Source: Sphingomicrobium sp. (GTDB lineage Bacteria > Pseudomonadota > Alphaproteobacteria > Sphingomonadales > Sphingomonadaceae). From it: a DNA stretch of 37,534 nt. Below, piece by piece: positions 1 to 7,966 of this stretch (positions within the stretch are counted from its first letter, which is position 1; each line of letters starts with the position of its first letter). The position numbers and the translations under genes were made by a program. The stretch is from assembly GCA_046593565.1 (NCBI GenBank), contig JBKJNP010000127.1, forward strand, positions 1 to 37,534, in the 5' to 3' direction. The notes under the pieces were generated by a model that did not search any database, was not told the origin of the DNA, and saw nothing but the letters and a program-made list of their open reading frames with translations.

Positions 1-97
1 TCAGCAGGGGTTTATCTTGGGCCGGTTATGGGCAAGAGAAACAGCGCCTTTTCCGCCGGGCGTTCGTTCCGGTGCGGCGTTGGAGATTTGACCGAAC

Positions 98-1831
98 ATG
101 TCTGAATCCGCCGACACATTGACGCTGGCCGGGATCGAGCTGCCCCAGCCACTGGCCGATGCGATGCGCGCCTGCTGGCCGCATTTCGCGGCAGCGGCGG
201 GGTTCAGTTTGCTGCTCAACCTGCTGTTCCTGGCGCCGGCATTGTACATGCTGCAGGTCTATGACCGGGTGGTCGCGACCGGGGGCAAGACGACCCTTTT
301 GTTCATCACGCTGGCGCTGGTCATCGCGCTGCTGACGCTCAGCGCGCTGGACGCGGTGCGGTCGCGGTTGATGGTGCGCGCGAGCATCCGGCTGGAAACG
401 CGGATCGCGCCGTTGGTGCTGCACCGCATGATGACCGTCGGCGGCACGGCCAACGGCCAGGCGATGCGCGACCTCGACACCGTGCGCCAGACCATCGCCA
501 GCCCGATCGCGGCGGCGATGTTCGACGCGCCGTTCGCGCCGATCTTCATCATCGTCGGCTTCCTGCTGCATTTCTGGATCGGGATGCTGGCGGTGGGCTC
601 GGTCGCGCTGCTGCTGGTGGTGGCGTGGCGCAACCAGTTGGCAACGCGCAAGTCTGTCGAAGGCGCAACGCAATTGCTCGCCCAGTCGCACGCCTCGCAG
701 CAGGCGGCGGCGGTGCAGGCGCAGACGGTGCGCGCGCTGGGCATGTCGGGATCGATGGTCACGCGGCAAATCGCGCTGCGATCGTCGGGCTTAAGCAAAT
801 TGGTCGAATCGCAATTCGATGGCAGCCGCTATGCCGCGGCGAGCCGGTTCCTGCGGATGTTCGTTCAATCGGCTGCGCTTGGGCTGGGTGCCTTGCTGGC
901 GATCGCGGGGTACATTTCGGCGGGGGCGATCATCGCCGCGTCGATCCTGCTCGGGCGGGCATTGCAGCCGGTCGAGGCACTGATTGGCGGCTGGTCGCAG
1001 CTGGGGGCGGCGAAAGTGTCGCTGCAGCGGCTGGCCGACGTGTTGGCTCGGCCCGATGACGCCGACCGTATCCGCACCGCCTTGCCCAAGCCGGAAGGTC
1101 ATTTGCGGATCGAGAATGTCGGAGTGCGCCGGCCCGACGGGATGGCGATCCTGGCCGGGATCAGCTTTGCCGCGGCGCCGGGCCAGATCGTCGGGGTGAT
1201 CGGGCCGAGCGGATCGGGCAAGTCGACGCTGGCCAAGGTCATCGCCGGGGCGATCGTTCCCGACCTCGGCAATGTCCGGATCGACGGGGCGCAGCGGAGC
1301 GACTGGAACCAGGATGAGCTGGGGCATCATTTCGGTTATTTGCCGCAGGAACCGAGCCTGATCGAAGGCAGCATCAAGGACAATATATCGCGCTTCGTCC
1401 GCTGGTCGGACCAAAGCGAGGATATCGACGGGCGGGCGGTCGCGGCGGCGAGGCTCGCCGGGGTGCACGATCTCGTCCTGCAATTGCCGCAGGGTTATGA
1501 CACGATGCTTGGGCCGATGGGTGCGGGGCTTTCGGCGGGCCAGTCGCAGCGGATCGCATTGGCGCGGGCGTTTTACGGCGATCCGGCGGTGCTGGTACTC
1601 GACGAGCCCAATGCGTTCCTCGATGCCGAGGGCGAGGCGGCGCTGATGGCGGCGATGATGAGCGCAAGGAAGCGCGGCGCGACGATCCTGATCATCGCCC
1701 ATCGTCGGTCGGTGCTCGAGACGGCGGATCAATTGCTGGTGCTCGAGGCCGGGCGGCCGACGATGTTCGGCCCGGCGAAAGAGGTGGTCGCGCGACTGCA
1801 AGCGCCGAAGCAGAAGGAGGCAGCCAAGTGA
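98..1831 (+). CDS. prtD: Type I secretion system ABC transporter permease/ATPase (PrtD/AprD/RsaD family)
   Basis: N-terminal TM domain with LYMLQVYDRV motif; Walker A GPSGSGKS, signature LSAGQSQR, Walker B VLVLDEP; no N-terminal C39-like domain; GTGA overlap with the next gene. Confidence 0.95.
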   Translation: MSESADTLTLAGIELPQPLADAMRACWPHFAAAAGFSLLLNLLFLAPALYMLQVYDRVVATGGKTTLLFITLALVIALLTLSALDAVRSRLMVRASIRLETRIAPLVLHRMMTVGGTANGQAMRDLDTVRQTIASPIAAAMFDAPFAPIFIIVGFLLHFWIGMLAVGSVALLLVVAWRNQLATRKSVEGATQLLAQSHASQQAAAVQAQTVRALGMSGSMVTRQIALRSSGLSKLVESQFDGSRYAAASRFLRMFVQSAALGLGALLAIAGYISAGAIIAASILLGRALQPVEALIGGWSQLGAAKVSLQRLADVLARPDDADRIRTALPKPEGHLRIENVGVRRPDGMAILAGISFAAAPGQIVGVIGPSGSGKSTLAKVIAGAIVPDLGNVRIDGAQRSDWNQDELGHHFGYLPQEPSLIEGSIKDNISRFVRWSDQSEDIDGRAVAAARLAGVHDLVLQLPQGYDTMLGPMGAGLSAGQSQRIALARAFYGDPAVLVLDEPNAFLDAEGEAALMAAMMSARKRGATILIIAHRRSVLETADQLLVLEAGRPTMFGPAKEVVARLQAPKQKEAAK

Positions 1832-3183
1832 ATTTGCCAAGCCTGACGTGGCGCGAGGGCCCGAGCGGCGAACTGGTCGAGGCCGACGACCCCCGGCGCG
1901 ACATTCGCACCGGGTCGATCATCGCCTTCCTGTTCTTCGTCGTGCTGCTCGGCTGGGCCGCGCTCGCTCCGCTCGATGCCGGGGTTTACGCGCAAGGGTC
2001 GATCGCGGTGTCGGGCAACCGCCAGGCGGTGCAGCACCGGTCGGGCGGGACAATCGGCGAGATATTGGTGCGCGAAGGCGAGAAGGTGAAAGCCGGGCAG
2101 ACGCTGATCGAGATGGCGGCGCCCGACCTGAAGGCGAGCGAGCGGGCGCTGACCAGTGAGTATTTCAGCCTGGTGGCGCAACGGTCGCGATTGATGGCGG
2201 AGCGACTGGGCAGTGGCAGTTTTGGCCCGCCGACCGAATTCCTGAACCTGTCGGACGAAGACCGGCCGATCGCAAACCAGGCGCTGCAGTTGCAGCGGGC
2301 GCAATTGCAGGCGCGGTCGGGATCGCTGTCGGCGCAATCGTCGGTGCTGGGCCAGCGATCGCGGCAATTGTCCGAACAGCAGACCGGCTATGCCCAGCAG
2401 CGCATGTCAGTGCGTGAACAACAGCGGCTCATCAGCGACGAACTGACCGGCCTTCGAGAACTTGAGAAAAAGGGGTTCGCCTCGATCAACCGGGTGCGCG
2501 CGATGGAGCGGGCGCTGGAGGATTTACGCGGGCGCGAGGCAGCGCTGACCGCCGAAATTGCGCGCGCCGGCGAAGGCAAGGGCGAGACCAGCATGCAGAC
2601 GTTGAGCCTGCGGAAGACCAGCCTGGAAGAAGTTGCGGCCGAGCTTCGCGATACGCAGACGCGGCTCTCCGACATTTTGCCCAAGCTGGTGTCGGCGCGC
2701 GAGCAGTTGCAGAATGCAACGCTGAAGGCGCCGACTTCGGGACAGGTGGTCGGCCTGTCGGTGTTCACCGTCGGCGGGGTGGTCGGGGCTGGCCAGACGT
2801 TGATGGAAATTGTTCCCGACACGCGCAAACTGGTGATCCAGGCGCAGGTCAATCCGGCTGATGCCGACGACGTCTTTCAAGGCCAGAAAGCGCAGATCCG
2901 GTTCGTCAGCGTGTCCGATAAGACGCTGCCGATGCTGGAGGGCACAGTGCGGACGATCTCGGCCGACCGACTGACCGACGAGAAGAGCGGCGTGTCCTAC
3001 TTCCAGGCCGAGATCGAGGTCGCGCCGTCGGAATTGAACAAGGTGCGCAAGGTGCTCGGTCAGGGGCAATTGCGGCCGGGGCTCCCGGTCGAGGCGGTGC
3101 TCAATGCGCGTAAGCGGACCGCGCTCGACTATATTCTCGAGCCGCTGACGGTGCATTTCTGGCGGCCGCTGCGCGAGCAGTAG
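1828..3183 (+). CDS. prtE: HlyD-family T1SS periplasmic adaptor (PrtE/AprE/RsaE)
   Basis: Single N-terminal TM, VQHRSGGTIGEILVREGEKVKAGQTL lipoyl half-motif, long coiled coil, LKAPTSGQV, and LRPGLPVE...RTALDYILEPL C-terminus; coupled to the ABC gene. Confidence 0.95.
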   Translation: MNLPSLTWREGPSGELVEADDPRRDIRTGSIIAFLFFVVLLGWAALAPLDAGVYAQGSIAVSGNRQAVQHRSGGTIGEILVREGEKVKAGQTLIEMAAPDLKASERALTSEYFSLVAQRSRLMAERLGSGSFGPPTEFLNLSDEDRPIANQALQLQRAQLQARSGSLSAQSSVLGQRSRQLSEQQTGYAQQRMSVREQQRLISDELTGLRELEKKGFASINRVRAMERALEDLRGREAALTAEIARAGEGKGETSMQTLSLRKTSLEEVAAELRDTQTRLSDILPKLVSAREQLQNATLKAPTSGQVVGLSVFTVGGVVGAGQTLMEIVPDTRKLVIQAQVNPADADDVFQGQKAQIRFVSVSDKTLPMLEGTVRTISADRLTDEKSGVSYFQAEIEVAPSELNKVRKVLGQGQLRPGLPVEAVLNARKRTALDYILEPLTVHFWRPLREQ

Positions 3184-3184
3184 G

Positions 3185-4213
3185 TCAGGCGGTAAGCGCG
3201 TAGAGCACAACCCCAAAACTATTCTGTTCATGGACCCGCAGGTGGAAGCGGTAGTCGAGCGCCCAATCGTCGATCAGGGTTGCGATTTCGTGCAAGTGGC
3301 CGGGCGCGTGATAGGCCGAGACGAGCAGGCCGGGGCGCTGCTCGCGAACCAGGCGGGCCATGCCCTTCAGCGTTTCGATTTCCGCGCCTTCGACGTCGAG
3401 TTTGACCAGATTGATCTGCTCGCCGCCGATCACATCGTCGATCGCGACGCACTGGATGACGGTATTGCCGGTGTCACTTAAATGGCTGGCCATCGACGCA
3501 TCGTTCGAGAAGCGTAGTTGGGTGGTCGATGACCAGGTGCCGAGCGGCAGGTTGAGGCGGCGGGCAATCGGGAAATTGCGCGCGGCGAGGGTGGCGAAAC
3601 TGGCCGGATCGGGCTCGAACGCGATGGCGCTGTCGATGACATAGCCGGCGGTCAGGAATTTCTGGATCGCGACCCCGGTAAAGGCGCCGCAGTCGATCAG
3701 GCGCAGGGGTTCGGCGTAACGGGGGAGGTCGTGCGGCGTATATTCGTCGTCGAGACTGGGGCGCGGGCAATCGGCGATGGCGCCGGTGCGGCGGTAACGC
3801 AGCATGGCGTCGAACAAAGCGCGGCTGGTGTCGTCAGCAAGCAGGGCGCGGGCGCGGGCGAATTTTTCCTTACTGGCGGCGTAGTCGTAAGTGGGGTCGA
3901 GCCAGTAGCCGCTGATCGTGGAGTGCTCGATCAGGCGCGGCAGATGGATCGGGGTCAGGATTTCGGCCGCGCCCGCGGCGCGAAGGTCGGCGTCGAGCTG
4001 GTGCAAATCGACGTAATGATTGTGGAGCGCGATCAGGACGGTGCGGTCCGCGACATTGCCTTCATCGAGCGCATGGATCGGGATGCCGCGATAGGCCTGC
4101 CCGGCCTTTCCGCGATCAAGGATCAGGTCGATCGCGACCCCGGCGTCGAGCAGTTCGTCGACAATTCGTTGGCCGGTCGAGCCGAGGCCGTAGATGATCA
4201 AAGGCTCGCTCAT
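3185..4213 (-). CDS. FkbM-family SAM-dependent methyltransferase with N-terminal Rossmann-like domain
   Basis: LIDCGAFTG, AFEPDP and LVKLDVEGAEIETLKG motifs; N-terminal IIYGLGSTG; start set at ATG 4213 (ATGA overlap with the upstream stop). Confidence 0.88.
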   Translation of the reverse strand: MSEPLIIYGLGSTGQRIVDELLDAGVAIDLILDRGKAGQAYRGIPIHALDEGNVADRTVLIALHNHYVDLHQLDADLRAAGAAEILTPIHLPRLIEHSTISGYWLDPTYDYAASKEKFARARALLADDTSRALFDAMLRYRRTGAIADCPRPSLDDEYTPHDLPRYAEPLRLIDCGAFTGVAIQKFLTAGYVIDSAIAFEPDPASFATLAARNFPIARRLNLPLGTWSSTTQLRFSNDASMASHLSDTGNTVIQCVAIDDVIGGEQINLVKLDVEGAEIETLKGMARLVREQRPGLLVSAYHAPGHLHEIATLIDDWALDYRFHLRVHEQNSFGVVLYALTA

Positions 4214-5529
4214 TGCGCATCGCTCGCGGGCTGGCGGTTTCGCCACGGGAGCGGCGATTGCCAGCCATGCTCGCGCGCGTCGGCCCAGGCGTCGCGGATG
4301 GTGACGATGGCGAGGCTGGACAGCATCAGGTGGATCAGGACAGGGCGGAGAAGGGTGCCGACGCCGACCGAATAATGCGCGATCACCTCACGCCCGCCGA
4401 GGAAGCTATCGCGCACCACCGGGGGCACCTGCTCGATCGGGAAGTCGAGCGCGATGCACAGCAAGTAGGCGGTGATTATCGCGACCGGTCGCCCGATCCC
4501 GCGCCAGGTCTCGAAGAAGACGAAGAAGATCAGGATCATCTGGGTGTAGCCACCGGCCTCGCTGTTAATCACGGCGATGCCGATGCTGAGCAGGATCAGC
4601 CGGGGCATCGGCACCGCGCCGGGCCGCCACCAGGCCGCGGCGGCGGCGGCGATGATGGTGAGCGTGGTGGCGAGGATGATGGCGCTCACGATTGCCCCGG
4701 CGACTGCGAGGGTCTGGGAGCCGAGCGCGGTGATGACCGGAAATTGGGTGTCGCCCTGCAGCAGCAAGCGGATCGGCTGGAGCGAGCTCGGGTACCAGAA
4801 TTCGAGCAGGCTGGCCTGCTGGAAGGCGCCGGCATAAGCGGTGAGGTTGCGGGCGATGACGCTCGGGCTGCCCTCGCCATAGATAGCGTAAGTGACGAGG
4901 TAGACGATCAGGCTGGCGAGCATCGCGCCCTCGAACCAGCGCCAGCGCCGCTTGAGCAATACGGCGAAGATGGTGCCGATCAGATAGACTTTGAAATTGA
5001 CCGCCAGCCCCGCGAACAGCCAGCGCAGCCGCGCCGACTTCACCAAAGGGCCGTAAGCCAGGATCAGGCAAGTGAAGCAGAACAGCAAAACATTGCCGCG
5101 TTCCAGCGCATAGGTCATCGACAGGCCGGCGCAGAGCGCGAAGGTGCGGGGCAAGGCGGTGGCCGGGTCGAGCTTGCGGAAGGTGCGCCATATGAGGAAG
5201 GCGTCGACCGCGTAGATGATGATTAGCCACGCGATGCCGTAAGTGTCACAGTCGCGCGCCGACTCGTTGACGTCCATCGAATAGCATGGACCCCAGGAGA
5301 CAAACTTGAGCAAGACGAAGGAGAGCGGCGGGTAGATTGTCGCGAAGGTGTCATAGGCGCCGCGCGTATGGGCGAAGGTCGCCGGAGCGGAGAAATCCAT
5401 GAACGTTCCGCTCGGCTCGTAGAAATAGGGCGGCGGAAGGTATCCGTTCATGCCGAGGAAAATGAGGGTGTAGGCCAGCCCGATCGCGACCGGGACGGTG
5501 AACCAGCGCTCGACCATCAGGCCGCGCAT
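4210..5529 (-). CDS. Polytopic GT-C glycosyltransferase, GT87/DUF2029-like (GtrC position)
   Basis: Many hydrophobic segments; first-loop MDF, YPPLSF, LERGNV and NFKVY motifs typical of GT87; lies directly after gtrB/gtrA-like genes. Confidence 0.72.
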   Translation of the reverse strand: MRGLMVERWFTVPVAIGLAYTLIFLGMNGYLPPPYFYEPSGTFMDFSAPATFAHTRGAYDTFATIYPPLSFVLLKFVSWGPCYSMDVNESARDCDTYGIAWLIIIYAVDAFLIWRTFRKLDPATALPRTFALCAGLSMTYALERGNVLLFCFTCLILAYGPLVKSARLRWLFAGLAVNFKVYLIGTIFAVLLKRRWRWFEGAMLASLIVYLVTYAIYGEGSPSVIARNLTAYAGAFQQASLLEFWYPSSLQPIRLLLQGDTQFPVITALGSQTLAVAGAIVSAIILATTLTIIAAAAAAWWRPGAVPMPRLILLSIGIAVINSEAGGYTQMILIFFVFFETWRGIGRPVAIITAYLLCIALDFPIEQVPPVVRDSFLGGREVIAHYSVGVGTLLRPVLIHLMLSSLAIVTIRDAWADAREHGWQSPLPWRNRQPASDAQ

Positions 5530-5533
5530 CCGA

Positions 5534-5932
5534 TCAGTCTTTGTCCGGCACGGTGAAGACCCAATGCCGAAGGATGAAATAATTGATCAGCGACACGATC
5601 ACCACTGCCACGAAGCCGGCGAGATAGGGCGAGGCAATGAATTGCGCCGCGCCCCATAGCGCCGCCAGTCCGAGCAAATAATTGACCGCATAGGAGGCGA
5701 TGAAGCGGCCTTTGGAGACGGTCGAATCGTGGAAGGCGTGGCGGCTGTAGGTGAAATAATTGAACGCCATGCCGAGCAGATGGCCGAGGATCTGCGCGAC
5801 ATACATGTTGAGGCCGAGCGCGACAAAGGCGGCGTAGAGGCCGTAGCCGAAGACGGTGTTGACGATCCCGGCTTGATAGTAGCGCCACAGCCGTTCGACT
5901 CGGCCCATCGGTGCGGGGGCGGCCGCCGTCAT
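5534..5932 (-). CDS. gtrA: GtrA-family polyprenyl-P-sugar flippase
   Basis: 132 aa, four TM segments; RYYQAGIVNTVFGY, FNYFTYSRHAF and NYFILRHWVF motifs; ATG 5932 overlaps the GT2 stop. Confidence 0.85.
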   Translation of the reverse strand: MTAAAPAPMGRVERLWRYYQAGIVNTVFGYGLYAAFVALGLNMYVAQILGHLLGMAFNYFTYSRHAFHDSTVSKGRFIASYAVNYLLGLAALWGAAQFIASPYLAGFVAVVIVSLINYFILRHWVFTVPDKD

Positions 5933-6867
5933 TCGCCGGTCGGGAAGTTGACCCGCTCGCGCTCGATCACCAGCGGGGTGCCGCGGGTGCGATCGGAAAT
6001 CATCCGCACCTGAACCCCGAGCAGACCGAGGAACAAGAACAGCAGGCCGAACTGGAATTCGAGCAGAGCGGCGAACAGCCACATGCGCGGGTTGGCGCCG
6101 ACGATCATCGAATAGAGTGCGCCGCCCAATGTGAAGAGCGTGGCGAGGAAGATGAAGAAACTGACGTAGAGCGGGACGCGAAGCAGGCCTTTCGACGATC
6201 CGGCAAGCGCCGACAGCGCGAAATCGAGCAAGGCGAGGAAGCCGTTCTTGGACTTGCCGGCGGCACGCGGCGGTCGCTTGAACGGAATGGTTTCGATTCT
6301 GTAGCCGGTCTCAACCAACAGACCGCGGAAGAAGGGTTCGGGCTCGTTCAAGGCGGCGATCGCGCGAACTACCTTGGCATCGTACAGGCCGAAGCCGGTG
6401 GCGTTGGGGATGATGGGATAGTCGCCGAACTTGCGCTGCAGGCCATAGGACAGGCGGCGGATCGAGGCGAACACCGGCGACATTTTCTTCGTCTGGCTGG
6501 TGGCCAGCACGATGTCCGCGCCCTTGCGCCAGCGCTCGACGAACTGGGGAATCATCTCGGGCGGATCCTGGAAATCGGCGACGATCCCGATCACCGCGCG
6601 GCCGCTTGCCTCGAACAAAGCGTGGGTGGGGGAGCGCAACTGACCGAAGTTGCGGGTGTTGACGATCAGCCGGATGCGCTTGTTGGCGGCGCACAGTGCG
6701 CGAATGATTTCGACGGTGCGGTCGCTGGAGCCATTGTCGATGAAGATGATCTCATAGTCGGCGCTGACTTTGTCCATCTGAGCGATCACCGCAGCGCCGA
6801 TCGCCGCCGCATTCTCTTCCTCGTTGAAGCAGGGAATGACGACAGAAAGCTCAGGGTTGTCAGGCAT
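5929..6867 (-). CDS. GT2 polyprenyl-phosphate glycosyltransferase (GtrB/ArnC/DPM synthase-like)
   Basis: LSVVIPCFNEEEN, IDNGSSDRT, RNFGQ, ADFQDPPEMI and RAAGKSK motifs, plus two C-terminal TM helices. Confidence 0.9.
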   Translation of the reverse strand: MPDNPELSVVIPCFNEEENAAAIGAAVIAQMDKVSADYEIIFIDNGSSDRTVEIIRALCAANKRIRLIVNTRNFGQLRSPTHALFEASGRAVIGIVADFQDPPEMIPQFVERWRKGADIVLATSQTKKMSPVFASIRRLSYGLQRKFGDYPIIPNATGFGLYDAKVVRAIAALNEPEPFFRGLLVETGYRIETIPFKRPPRAAGKSKNGFLALLDFALSALAGSSKGLLRVPLYVSFFIFLATLFTLGGALYSMIVGANPRMWLFAALLEFQFGLLFLFLGLLGVQVRMISDRTRGTPLVIERERVNFPTGE

Positions 6868-7966
6868 TGGATTCGCGGATCGTCGTGCGCGTGCCGACCG
6901 GCGGCCGAAGGTTGTAGAATTCGACCGCCAGCAGGACGAGCAGCAGCGCCATCGCCATTGCCAGCGCCGGGAAATTGAGCTGGCGCGAGGTGTCGACGAA
7001 TGCCGGCTCGAGCACGCGGATGCTCGCGGTCGAGGTCATGTCGTCGACCGCGGTCCCTTCGAGCAATCGCATGTAGGTGTCGTACAGCGACTGGGCGATG
7101 CCGAGCTCGCGCTGCAGTTTGCGGTACTGGGTCGAGGTCTGGACCGCGCGGCCGATGCCCTGCGCGCCCTCGGGCGAGGTGGTGTCGGCCTGCGCCAATT
7201 GGCCGCGCAAGGTCGCGGTCTCGGCGAGCAACTGGCGCACGACGAGGTTGTCGTCGGAATAATATTGGCGCGCGGCGGCAAGCTCTAGCTGCTTCTGCTT
7301 GAGCGCCTGCTGGAGGTTGCTGACGCGGGTAGCGGCGGCACCAGCCTCGATCGTCGGTTCGGGGCTTCGCGCGCTCAGGCGAAAAGTGTCGAACGCGCCC
7401 TGGGCGCGAGCCAGCCGGTCCGATGAATCGGTTACCAGCTTCATCAAGACTTCCTGCTTGTAAGCGGTCTGGCGGCGGTTGATTTCGCCCAGTTGCTGGC
7501 GCGCGGCATCCTCGTACGCGGCGACGATCGCCTTGGCGAAGGCGGCGTCGCCGAGTTGGGTCTGGATCTGGATGATGCCGCCGCGAAGCGCGCGAATATC
7601 GACTTCGCGTTCCAGCCATCGATGGGTCGCGGCGCGGCTGGCGAGGTCGAGCCTGTCCTGTAGCTTGAGCTGGGTGGCGACGCGGTCGCGGACCTGAACG
7701 CTGGCGGTGACTTTCAGCGCGATCTCGACCGCCGCCTGATTGCCAAACACGCTGTTGAGCGCACCGAACTGGACCTGGGTCGGGTTGAAACCGAGCGTGG
7801 TCGGATCGCTCGGCGTCAGGGTGACGGCGGCGCGATAGCGCTCGGGGAAGAAGGCGAGCGTCAGGAAGACCAGGATCAGGACGGTGAACACGATCCGCCG
7901 GACTGCGGGACTGCTGACCCAGCGAAGCCGGGCAAAGCTGCCGGTCAGGGTGCGCGGCGGGGTCAT
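6860..7966 (-). CDS. Polysaccharide co-polymerase/export inner-membrane protein (KpsE/CtrB/Wzz-like, no kinase domain)
   Basis: N- and C-terminal TM helices flank a coiled-coil periplasmic region; Y-x-A motif after TM1 and IRVLEPA before TM2; no Walker A; adjacent to an OPX gene. Confidence 0.75.
   Translation of the reverse strand: MTPPRTLTGSFARLRWVSSPAVRRIVFTVLILVFLTLAFFPERYRAAVTLTPSDPTTLGFNPTQVQFGALNSVFGNQAAVEIALKVTASVQVRDRVATQLKLQDRLDLASRAATHRWLEREVDIRALRGGIIQIQTQLGDAAFAKAIVAAYEDAARQQLGEINRRQTAYKQEVLMKLVTDSSDRLARAQGAFDTFRLSARSPEPTIEAGAAATRVSNLQQALKQKQLELAAARQYYSDDNLVVRQLLAETATLRGQLAQADTTSPEGAQGIGRAVQTSTQYRKLQRELGIAQSLYDTYMRLLEGTAVDDMTSTASIRVLEPAFVDTSRQLNFPALAMAMALLLVLLAVEFYNLRPPVGTRTTIRESNA

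Noticed and set aside
98-3183. Absence of a TolC/PrtF gene as a sign of a defective T1SS
   Set aside because: The outer-membrane component is often encoded elsewhere, and the operon begins at the window edge.
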